This document shows positions 53,039 to 64,000 of a DNA stretch of 64,000 nucleotides, piece by piece. Each line of letters opens with the position of its first letter. The stretch's first letter is position 1. Below the pieces are notes generated by a model, which made no database searches, had not been told where the DNA came from, and saw nothing but the letters and a program-made list of their open reading frames with translations. The stretch spans positions 81,406,001 to 81,470,000 of the forward strand of contig OX597822.1 of NCBI GenBank assembly GCA_951406725.2, written 5' to 3'. Made by a program: the position numbers and the translations under genes. Source of the stretch: Octopus vulgaris. Taxonomy: Eukaryota.

Positions 53039-53305
53039 TATATACATATATACGTTATATACATATGTTATATATATATATGTATATATGTATGTGTATA
53101 TATATACAGAGAGAGAGAGAGATGTGTATATATATATATGTTTATATATATATATACATATATATGTATATATATATATTTTTTTTTTATATATATAAGT
53201 ATGTATATATGTATGTATATATGTGTATGTATATACATCTATGTATAGCTATATATATGTATAGGTACATATATGTATATATATGTATATATATATATGT
53301 ATTTA

Positions 53306-53345
<40 letters not shown>

Positions 53346-53394
53346 TACACACATACGTACATATATTTATATAAATATACATATATATATATAT

Positions 53395-53442
<48 letters not shown>

Positions 53443-54124
53443 TTATGTATATATATATCCTTATAATCCCCGTTCGTTATCTACGCTTTTCTTGCGCAAT
53501 TTCTGTTCTATCGAAATCACGTGACTGCATAGCGGATTACTGAACCAACAAATCCTTGCCTCTACTTTTTCATATATTATTGATTATTTCGATTGTCTGA
53601 GGGCCATGCATCATAGCTGACCTGAAGTTAAGCAAAGCCAAGCCGCAACAACAAAAACAACAACAAAACTATAGCTGGTGTTCATTTCAAATTATTCAGA
53701 GAAGGAAAGAAAAGTCACCGCTAGCGTGGTTTGAACTCAGAATGGAGAGGGGTGGAACCTAGGTAACTGATTTTCCCACTCTTCCATCTATATTGCAAGT
53801 GGTAATTAGTGTGGTCAGCGGCTAGACCTTAAAAGGCCTGGAACCTAAAGACATCGAGATGAGGAGAAGCTGGGATTTTATAAGGAGTTGTAGGCTCAAA
53901 ACTAAGTAGAGAACAGGCTGTCACACGTGACCTTATTTGAGGGCTTTGATTGGTTATACGCTGCGTATTGGTGCGCTAGAGTAAGAGACAAATTGCACCA
54001 ATACCAACCAATCAGAGTAGTGGACACAACGGGGTCCAAAATGCGGCCAAAGACTAGCTGTTATCTACTACGTTCGTATATATGTATAATAGAGAGGAGA
54101 GGAATTTCACTCGAGTGTACGCTA

Positions 54125-54525
54125 CAGTAGCTTGCTTCCCAACCTTAAGGTTCCGGGTTCAGTCCCACTGTGTGGCACCTTGGGCAAGTGTCTTGTACTA
54201 TAGCCTCGGGCTGACCAAAGCCTTGTGAGTGGATTTAGGAGACGGAATCTGAAAGAAGCTCGCCGTATATATATTAATATATATATATGTGTGTGGGTGG
54301 GTGAGTGTTGGTGTATGTGTATCTGTGTTTGTCCCCTCAACATCGCTTGAAAACCGATTCTGGTGCGTTTACGTCCCCGTAACTTTGCGGTTCGGCAACA
54401 GATGCCGATAGAATAGGTACCATGCTTATAAAGAATGAGTCCTGGAGTCGATTTATTCGACTAAAGGCGGTGCTCCAACATGGCCGCAGTCAAATGAGTG
54501 AAACAAGTAAAAGAATAAAAGAATA
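54125..54525 (+). mobile_element. SINE family A
   Basis: Head slightly truncated; body and tail intact. Confidence 0.88.
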
Positions 54526-54659
54526 CGATTCAAATAACGTTTGACCTTCTAAAAACAGCAGCCAATTTACATTCTATGCTCTTGAAAATTGAAGAACACA
54601 TTTTGTTAACTTTTTGCCTATACACGGGGACGTTTGTAGTTTTGTTGTTATTGTTGTTT

Positions 54660-54680
54660 CGTCTTTGTTGCTATTGTTGT

Positions 54681-54758
<78 letters not shown>

Positions 54759-54883
54759 TGATGATGATGATGATGATGGTGATTGTGATTATGATGATGA
54801 TGGTGATGATGGTGATTGTGATTATGATGATGATGATGATGATGACGATGATGATGATGATGATGATGATGATGTCGATGATG
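54660..54883. repeat. (GAT/GAC)n microsatellite
   Basis: Directly visible. Confidence 0.95.
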
Positions 54884-55154
54884 AAGTTTAACTTCCAATA
54901 AACAAATATGTGTTGGATCGTCGGATATTTTCGTTCGGTTCAGCGATATTTGAATGAACACGATAAATATTTACATCGTTGGATTTGGCTGCGTGGCAGC
55001 GGGTTGTAGCGCTATTCTTCTTCTACAACAGACCAGGCCAACTCGAATTACATTGCAGGTCACTTTAATCACGGAAAGCGTTTTGAGGGCTGCTTGTATA
55101 CGGACAGAATCGAAAGCATTTTGCTTTCTCATGCTATTATTACAATAACGAATC

Positions 55155-55533
55155 GTGGCACACAGTCGGTTACGACGACGAGGGTTCCAGTTGATCCGAT
55201 AAATGGAACAGCCTGCTCGTGAAATAGACATGCAAGTGGCTGAACACTCTATAGACACATGTACACTTAATGTAGTTCTCGGGGAGATTCGGCGTGACAC
55301 AGAGTGTGACAAGGTACACTTTGAAATACAGGTACAACAGAAACAGGAAGAAAGAGTGAGAGAAAGTTGTGGTGAAACAGTACAGCAGCGTTCGCCACCA
55401 CCCCCTACCGGAGCCTCGTGAAGATTTTAGGTGTTTTCGCTCAATAAGCACTCACAACGCCCGATCTGGGAATTGAAACCACGATCCTACGACCACGAGA
55501 CCACTGCCCTAACCACTGAGCCATGACGCCTCC
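55155..55533 (-). mobile_element. tRNA-derived SINE family C, full length
   Basis: Minus-strand head GGAGGCGTCATGGCTCAGTGGTTAGGGC (A box) and GGTTTCAATTCC (B box); body shared with copies at 5555, 15720 and 29375. Confidence 0.82.
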
Positions 55534-55594
55534 ACATAATGAATGAATGATCGTTGATTCCACATGAAATATTATCGTTGCAAAAACAGTAGTA

Positions 55595-56861
55595 CGAGGG
55601 GCGTTCAATAAGTAATACCCCTGACCCACTTCCCATAGCAGTAGAGCAACGACACTTGGCACAGTTATTAGTCTTTTCCTACATAGGAACTACCCAGAGT
55701 TATGCATTTCTCCCATCGTTTGATACAGCTCTGGGGACCGTTTTTGTAGAAGACCCCAGCTTGGTCCTCCAACCACGACGTGACTTCAGAAATCAAGGCT
55801 GCATCATTTGGGAAACGCTTTCCTTTCAAAATCAACTTCATGGCTGGGAAGAGGTGAAAATCAGAGGGTGCAAGGGGAGGAGTTCATAGCTGCACGGCTG
55901 TGCTTCTGATCTGGCGACACGCGAGTTGTGGGCCGGAGCGTTGTCCTGCAGGAGGAGGATGCCTTTGCTGATCTTGCTCCGCCTCTTGATTTTGATAGCT
56001 TCTCTTAATTTCCTCAAAAGTGAAATATAATAGGCTCCTGTAATTGTGGTACCCTTTGCCAGGAAATCTGTCATCACTACTCCGTCCTGGTCCCAGAAGA
56101 CTGTGAGCATAACCTTGTCCGCGGAGGGCTGCACCCTTGCCTTCTTTGGAGGAGGTGAGTCACGGTGCTTTCACTGCATTGACTGGGCTTTGGTCTCTGG
56201 ATCATAGTGATGGACCCAGGTTTCATCCTGTGTGATCAGTCTTTTGAAAAATTTTGACTCATCTTGGCACATCTCCAAATTCATCCTCGAGCACTCAACG
56301 CGTTCTTGCTTCTGGAAAGGTGTGAGCAACCTGGAAATCCATCTGGCAGACACCTTTTGCATATGCAAATGGTCATGAATGATAGTTTCCACAGACCCGG
56401 TACTAATCTTGACCTTATGGGCTATTTGGCGAATAGTTATGCGTTGACCTTCCAAAATGGCAGCCTCAACTTGACGGACAGACGTCTCATCAACGGCAGA
56501 AGGGGGCGACCAGATCTGGGAGCTGTTTCCACAGAGTTCCGACTATGTTTGAATTCACAATGCCAGCGTTTTACAAGGTCATATGATGGGGCATCATCAC
56601 CATAAGTTACTTTCATTTCATCAAAAGTCTCCCGTGGTGTGCGTCCTTTCAAATACAAAAACCAGATCACTGCTCGACACTCAACAGGCTCCATTTCACA
56701 CTTGACTCAGTTCAAACACCTGTAAATCAGAAACCACAATTAGTTCAGAGCTGTAATTCGCCACTTAATCTATAGAGGTATAAATAAGTGCACATGCAAA
56801 ATTTCAGCTAGATCAAACAACTGCAAGTGGGTCAGAGGCATTACTTATTGAACGCCCCTCA
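55595..56861 (-). mobile_element. Full-length mariner transposon (~1.27 kb)
   Basis: TIRs CGAGGGGCGTTCAATAAGTAATACCCCTGACCCACTT and AAGTGGGTCAGAGGCATTACTTATTGAACGCCCCTCA; TA on both sides. Confidence 0.95.
55668..56694 (-). pseudogene. Mariner DD34D transposase pseudogene
   Basis: HTH N-terminus MEPVECRAVIWFLYLKG, KVSARWISRLLT, ITQDETWVHHYDPETK, LLQDNAPAH, PSDFHLFP and KRWEKCI. Split over several frames, with the YSPD motif deleted. Confidence 0.93.
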
Positions 56862-57571
56862 TATCTTTCTTTTTTACTTTTCATTACAATCTTTAATTTT
56901 TAATAAAATGTTAAAACTGCTTAAATAAACCCATGTGAAGAAAGTATCAAGCGGGCCACAAGACAAAAGTCTGCGAGCCGCAAGACATAAGTTTGCGGGT
57001 TGCCTGTGACCCACGAGCCTCAGTTTGGCTAGGTCCTACTCTACAACTTTCGTCCATCGTTTTGGGAAATTTGAATACATTTGACTTCTTTTCGGACAAT
57101 GAAGTGCCGAGCAGGGGAGGAGAATGAAACGATCGAATTTATCTGACAACCATGTAGATAGGAATGAATCTTGTGCGAGAGAAAGATATCGACATGGTTG
57201 CTATTTCTAGTTGGGTGGGCAACCACATACAGGCCTCTTGTTGACTCGAGGATTCCTTTGTTCTATGATTAAAGACCAAGAAATTCACATCAATTGTCCA
57301 AGTTAACAATGATTTCTATATTTAGTTTTATTGATCTTTTTATATTCTATCATTTTTTTATAAATTTTTATTTTACATTTTGTATTACGCTTTTATATTT
57401 ATTTATTTGTTTTTACTTTGGAGACCAATTATTCTAATAAAGAAATGTTGATGTCCTTTGCTTAATTTATTTCTATTTATTCTTCGTTTTTCTCCTTTTC
57501 TGTTTTTTTTTATTTTCTAATTTCCTTCTGTTCTTTCGATCTATCTTTAACATTTCAAGAATCAACAATGT

Positions 57572-57639
<68 letters not shown>

Positions 57640-57901
57640 GTTTATTATAGGATTCATTATAATCTAGTCACATCAACAAGTAGGACGCCAGACATTGCTG
57701 GGTACAATAACATAGGGCTCAACCATGAAGGTATCAGGTGTTGATAGGATATCACAGATATGTAAGCATGGATGTATCAAATCCAATTCAAACCGTAGAT
57801 CCGACTCAGGACTGGTTCTAAGTGCGGTGTAGGAATAAAAAAGAGAACACTGATGCGGTCGGAAATTTTAAACCCCCTCTGTGTTCTTTTATATATATAT
57901 A

Positions 57902-58060
57902 TACTAGCAGAGTTATCCGGTGTTGCCCGAGTTACATACAATTGAAGAATTAGACTTTTCTGTTATATTTTCTGTAATGAACTGGAATACCTGTTTCGAA
58001 TTTCATCAAAATTGCAGATGAGGGTTAGTTCCCTCTTTACACACTCAGACAAATTGTAAT
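57902..58060 (-). mobile_element. Possible small Helitron remnant (3' end)
   Basis: Minus strand CGGGCAACACCGGATAACTCTG-CTAG|T: GC-rich subterminal segment followed by a CTAG terminus. Confidence 0.4.
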
Positions 58061-58174
58061 CGTGCCACATGTATCCCATACTACTGATTTTTATGCGCAT
58101 ATTCCAAAATTCCAGTCTTATAGAACCTGTTTAAAGGATTTTGCTCCTGAAAAATGGAGGTCATGGAGCTCTAA

Positions 58175-58365
58175 AATGACAAAAACTCACAGATATGCTT
58201 ATAAAATCAAAAAGCAACACAGCACCCATGATTTTCGGAAACAATTTTTCATGCTCAGAATTGCAGAAGCATGGAATAAACCACCTACATCAGTTGTTAG
58301 CTGTCAAGACACTACATCCTTCAAAACTTCCATGTGTCATGAAATCCGCCAACAGTGCACCTGAT
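58175..58365 (+). pseudogene. CR1/L2-clade LINE ORF2 C-terminal fragment
   Basis: YKIKKQHSTHDFRKQFFMLRIAEAWNKPPTSVVSCQDTTSFK matches the CR1-type RKxFFxxRVxxxWNxLPxxVV..SFK motif. Confidence 0.75.
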
Positions 58366-58835
58366 GGCCATTTTTTTTTTCTTTTTAGTTGTAGTGCACC
58401 TGAGCATTCTATACAACAATTTCCTTCATCATTATATATGTGTGTGTGTTGACTTTCTGTACAACATTTTATGGCTGTTAGTCAATGTAATGTAACATAC
58501 TTCTGTTCCCACTTAGTGGTACCATACACAGTGTTCAATATTTGGTGCAAGACTGTCTCCCTTTTCTATCTATTTCTCTGTCCTTCTCCTCTCCCCTCTA
58601 TCAACCTCTCTATCTATCTACTGCTTCTCTCTCTTTATTGCCTTCCATTTCTTCCTTTGTCCATCTCTGTCAACCACCTACTGTCTATCTTTATTCCATT
58701 ATTTCTCCGCACTCTTTCTTTCTTCTCACTTGCTCTTCCCTAACCTTCTCTACTCTCTTCACTTTTTTGGTACCAAAAGACAATTCAATTTTTTATCACT
58801 CATCGTTTTTTCTACTTCACTAGTGCATAGGTAAG

Positions 58836-59030
58836 ACATCATCGTTTAATGTCCCTTTTCCATGCTGGAATAGGTTGAATGTTTCGACTGGGCCCTGGGA
58901 AGTCAGGAGGCTGCACCAGGCTCCAGTCTGATCTGGCAGTGTTTCTACAGCTGGATACCCTTCCTAACGCCAACCACTCTGAGAGTGTAGTGGGTGCTGT
59001 TTTTACGTGCCACCGACACAGGGGCCAATT
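58836..59030 (-). mobile_element. RTE-related retroposon 3' end
   Basis: GGATACCCTTCCTAACGCCAACC segment and minus-strand terminus GCATGGAAAAGGGACATTAAACGATGATG. Confidence 0.55.
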
Positions 59031-60394
59031 TTCTGCCTAGTACTCATTTTAGATCCCCAGTTTATCTTTTCAGTTTTCGTTCTTTTCTTTCCCTCTAACT
59101 TCCTTCCCTCTACCCCATCTCTCTATCCTTCTCCTGAGCCTTCTCATTGTACCTTTGGAACACAAGTACCACTATTTTCTTCCTTTTTTGTTAGTTTTTG
59201 TCATGTAGTGTCCCACATTTTGAAATACTTGCAATTTGTATTTTTGCTGCTTATTTTAGCTCTGCTTGATACATTTCCAAAATTAAACATTTTAATATGC
59301 AAAATATACTTCACATTATTATATATACTATGCATTAAAACAAAAATATTGTGTTTATTGGCTATCTTCAAAATGATCACACCATCAATGGAAAATTTCA
59401 ATACCAACTTCCTAAGGCAGTTATGAAAGGCTATCAAAACCAAACAACCAGAAAAACTGATGAATGGGGTCTTGTTTCATTAGGACAATGCTTCAGCACA
59501 CAAGCCCTTGGTTTCAATGGCTGCTGTGTGTGACTGGCTTTGAACTGGTTGATCATCCTCCCTATGTTAGTGATTTGGTTCCTTCTGGTTATCATCTGTT
59601 TCCCAACATAGAAAAAACACTCAGCTGAGCACCAGTATCACTATGATGACAACATCTTATCTGTTGTTGATGACCATTTTGATCAACAGAGAAGCATCTT
59701 CACCAGTGCGACCCAAGCACTGCAACTACTAATGAAAGTGTGTGGACAGTAAGAAGAACTATGTTAGAAAATGAACTTCATTTGGTCACATTCCATTGAG
59801 AGTGTCTTGCTCAGATTATGAACATTTCAGCCGACCCTCATAATAATAAAAATTATTATTATACCTGCATTTGTTTTAATGTTAACATTGGAAAAATCCA
59901 CATTTTTCATTAAAAAATTAGGACCTGGGTTTGCACCCCCTTAGCCAATTTTGTTGCTGGGCCACGGAGTATAGATGTCAATATCATCATGAAAGCTAAA
60001 TGGATGCATCGATATTGGTGATGGCGATGGTGGTGGTGGTGGTGGTGGTGGTGGTCACCGTGGTGGCGGTGGTAGTAGTGGTGGCGGTTTTTCTGGTGAT
60101 GGCGATGATAATCGTAACGGTGATTGCTACTGCTACCTTCATTAGTGATGAGATTTTAATGGTGATGTAGTTTTAACCCCAGGTCAACCCTGATAGAATA
60201 AATCAATGACCTAGGTCGTTCCATCCGAGAATATCCTATCTTTTTCTTAAATCTAAGACTACATTATCTAATATGTTTTACCATTTTCAAGCCGTTATCG
60301 TGCAATTTGAGGCAAATTTGGCTGCTATGCCATCGTCTGCACCTTGTTAGTCGTCGTCAGTTTTGTGCCTTTCATGGTTCTGTTCATCATTGAT

Positions 60395-60923
60395 GTTTTG
60401 CTGTTGTTGTTGTTGCTGTTGTTATTGTTGTTAATGAAATGTTGACATCTTAAGTCATGTTACCGTTGTTGTTGCTACGGCTATTCCATCTGCTCTTGTT
60501 TGTGTTGTTTCTATTATTGTTGCTATTGCTATTGTTGTTGTTGTCGTCGTTGTTGATGTTGCTGCTGCTGCTGCTGTTGCTATTATTGTTGCTGTTGGTG
60601 CTGTTGTTATTGTTATTATTGTTACCATAGTTATTGTTACTGTTTTTGTTCGTGTTGCTATTGCCGCTGTTGTTGTCATCGTTGTTGTTGCTGCTGCTGT
60701 TGCTGCTATTGCTATTGTTGTTGTTGCTATTGCTGTGTTTTTTTTGCTGTTGTTGTTGTTTTTGTTGTTGCTATTGCTGTGTTTTTGCTGTTGCTGTTGT
60801 TGTTGCAATTGCTGTGTTTTGTTGTTGTTGCAATTGCTGTGTTTTGTTGTTGCTGCTGCTGCTGCTGTTGCTATTGTTGTTGTTGTTGTTGTTGCTATTT
60901 CTTTGTTTTTTGTTGTTTTTTGC

Positions 60924-60955
<32 letters not shown>

Positions 60956-61235
60956 TTGCTATTGTTGTTGTTGTTGCTATTGCTGTGTTTTTGTTTGTCT
61001 TGTTATTGTCGTTGTTGTTGCTATTACTGTGTTTTTGTTGTTGCTGCTGCTGCTGCTATTGCTGTGTTTTTGTTGTTGTTGTTCTTGTTGTTGCTGCTGC
61101 TGCGGCTGTTGCTATTGTTGTTGTTCTTGCTATTGTTGCTGTTATTATTATTGCTGTTGTTGCAATCGCTTTTGGTGTTGTTGCTATCGATATCCTTGCC
61201 GTTGCTGCTATTATTGTTATTGTTGTAGTTATTAT
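60395..61235. repeat. (GTT/GCT)n trinucleotide-rich tract
   Basis: Directly visible. Confidence 0.92.
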
Positions 61236-61239
61236 TACC

Positions 61240-61479
61240 ATACTCTTTTACTCTTTTATTTGTTTCAGTCATTTGACTGCGGCCATGCTGGAGCACCGTC
61301 TTTAGTCGAACAAATCGCCCCCAGGACTTATTCTTTGTAAGCCTAGTACTTATTCTATCGGCCTCTTCTACCGAACCGCTAAGTTACAGGGACATAAACA
61401 CACCAACATAGATTGTCAAGCGAAGGAGGGGAGACAAACACAGACATAAAAACGTACACACACGCATATATATATATAC

Positions 61480-61563
<84 letters not shown>

Positions 61564-61718
61564 GATGGCATTCTTTCAGTTTCCGTCTACCAAATCTCCA
61601 CTCACACGGCTTTGGTCAGCCCAAGGCTATAATAGAAGACACTTACCCAAGGTGGCATGCAGTGGCACTGAACCCAGAACCATGTGGTTGGTAAGCAAGC
61701 TACTTACCACACAGCCAC
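61240..61718 (-). mobile_element. SINE family A, full length
   Basis: Reverse complement of family A with an internal (TA)n expansion. Confidence 0.9.
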
Positions 61719-62379
61719 TTACTCTTGTTTTTATTGTTAATAATGTTGTTGCTATCGTCGTACCAGTTGCGAATGTTATTGTGACATAGTGTCCTGAGAA
61801 TTCTTAGTTCTGTTGCTATCCTCGCCGTTGTTGTTGTTCGTGTTGTTCGCGTTGCTGTTGCGATTGTTGTTGTTTAAATTTCCGCTGTCAAAATTGTCCA
61901 TTATGGTTGCTGTCGTTGTAGTTGTCGTTCGTGTAGTGGTTGCTACTGCGGCCGCTGCTGCTGCTTTTGTTCTTTCGTTTGTTGTTGTTCTTTCCCTTCC
62001 CTCTCTTTTTTTTTTTTGTTTTTTTGACAACTGCCAGACTAAATCAATATTAATGAAAGACGTTCTCTTATTGGTTGATTTCGGAGGTGTGTTGTCTGAG
62101 TTGTTGATGTTGTTGGTGGTGGTGTTGTCGAGGCTGTGTTGTTACTAGTACTGCTGCAACTTCTGTTGTTTATTACAGTGACGGTTGTAGTGTTGGTGGT
62201 GGTATTGGTAGTGGTAATGGTAGTGGTAGTGGCAGTGGTAGTGGTGGTGGATTTTTTGTAGTGGGTGATAAGGGAGTGGTGGTCACGGCGATAATGGCTA
62301 TAGTAATAGTGATACCGGTGACAATGGTACGAGACTGATCACGTGGTCATGATAACGACAAAGTTAATAATAATGGTGC

Positions 62380-62412
<33 letters not shown>

Positions 62413-62644
62413 CGGTGGCAGTGGCGGTGGTGGTGGTGGTGGTTACTGAGGTGATCGATAGCAGCGTTGGAATTGGTGATTGTTGCGGTGGAGTGAGGTG
62501 GGGTAGATACTCTGTGTCCTAAAGTCTGCGACATTTTTCAATTCAATTTCAAAACAACGGATTTCAGTCTATTGCTGTGTGTGTGTGAATGAGTGTGTAT
62601 GTGAGTATATGTGAGTGTGTGTGAGTTAGTGTGAGCCTGAGTAA

Positions 62645-62708
<64 letters not shown>

Positions 62709-62945
62709 GTGTTTATGTGATACATGTATGGTTGTGTACTTGTTTGCGTGTATGTGCTTGCATACAAGTGCGTGTGTGTGTGTGTGCTGTGTGTATGTGT
62801 GTGCATGTATGTGTGTGCATGCGTGTGTCAGTGTATGAACAAGTGTGAGTGATGCAACAATTGTGAACGTGCTCATTCGCAAATGTATATGTGTTTATGT
62901 GAGTATCTACGTATACATAAGTATGTTTATCATTCAGTATGTATG

Positions 62946-62986
<41 letters not shown>

Positions 62987-63033
62987 GTATAATGAAACAT
63001 GGTAAGACGTAATACCTTGTTTGCGGTTGTGTC

Positions 63034-63064
<31 letters not shown>

Positions 63065-63084
63065 TTGTATTCTTTTCTGTTATT

Positions 63085-63396
63085 CTTTTATTTGTTTGAG
63101 TCATTTGACTGTAGCCATGCTGGAGCACCACCTTTAGTCGAAAAAATCGACCCTCCAGAACTTATTCTTTTGCCGAACTGCTAAATTTCGGGGACGTAAA
63201 CACACCAACATCAGTTGTCAAGCGATGGCGTGGAGGGGGGAACAAACAAACACACACACATATATACGACACGTTTCTTTTAGTTTCTGTCTACCAAATC
63301 CACTCACAAGGCTTTGGTCGGCCCGATGCTATAGTAAAAGACACTTGCCTAAGGTGTCACATAGTGGGATTAAACCCTGGACCATGTGGTTGCGCC
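63085..63396 (-). mobile_element. SINE family A with internal deletions
   Basis: Reverse complement of family A motifs. Confidence 0.8.
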
Positions 63397-64000
63397 TATA
63401 TATATATATATGTATAGTTCAAAACTGTACAGAAAAGGAAAAGACAGAGGCAGGTGAGGCAAGGTGTATTAATTTGAGGCTCAGGAACAATGGAAGCGTC
63501 TTAGACGTTTCGAGCCTATGCTCTTATATAAAATAAAGAAATAAGGTGAGTAAACAGATGGAGAGAGAAAAAGACTTGTCGGGAGTACCTCTTTTATTAA
63601 TCAGCATAACACGAAATTATTACAAACAACCTCAGTGCGTAATCTAATGTGAGGAACTGCAACTTCAAAGATAAAACTTGCTGTCCGTTGGAATGTAAAT
63701 GTCTTGAAAAAGGAATCGCTTATAGAGCTAAAGTGTAAGTACATGGCTCGCAAAAATATAAACTTACACAGGGGCTTCGGAAAATTCATTCAGGACTCGA
63801 TTCTATACCAACCGAAATTCTTTCTGATACCCCGAGAATAGGACAGCAACTAGTCTTGCAAAGCATGTCTGAGAATTGAGAGAGAATGACATCCATCCTT
63901 TCAATGTAACCTGGGAATTCTAGACAAAGCATCACCATACAGACATAGAGCTTATAAAATGAAATGTAATCTTTGAAATGTAAGATTGAAATGTAATCTT

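Noticed and set aside
55455-55533. tRNA-like sequence (also the heads of SINE families A and B)
   Set aside because: It continues into a shared SINE body and lacks a full cloverleaf, so it is a SINE head rather than a tRNA gene.
56940-57045. hAT/Charlie-like subterminal GCGGGCC motifs (and CAGTGTTTCTCAA at 32281)
   Set aside because: Only one degenerate end in each case; no partner TIR or TSD found.
59457-59490. CTGATGA-ATGGGG..TTTCAT hairpin
   Set aside because: Followed by TAGG rather than GAAA, so the core is incomplete.

Overview
AT-rich, gene-poor eukaryotic DNA dominated by microsatellites ((TA)n, (CA)n, (CATA)n, (GATA)n, (TAA)n, (GAT)n, (GGT)n) and interspersed repeats. The repeat content resembles cephalopod (Octopus-like) intergenic or intronic DNA; this is an inference. 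Nearly all ORFs in the track are translations of simple repeats. Supported content: three tRNA-derived SINE families with many copies; a 5'-truncated R4/Dong-type RT-RLE retrotransposon (604-aa ORF) and several related decayed LINEs packed into (TAA)n arrays at 40-50 kb; RTE and CR1 LINE 3' fragments; a full-length but frameshifted mariner; a mariner MITE; and a 3.3-kb degenerate minisatellite. The most notable signal is a set of small non-coding elements carrying minimal type I hammerhead ribozyme (HHR) motifs (16.6, 27.6, 50.2 and 51.6 kb, plus decayed relatives). Several are inverted-repeat cassettes inside (TA)n arrays, resembling Penelope-like pLTRs or retrozymes. Three otherwise unrelated HHRs share a non-canonical U-U pair at the base of stem II. 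No host protein-coding gene could be confidently identified. Many repeat boundaries are approximate.
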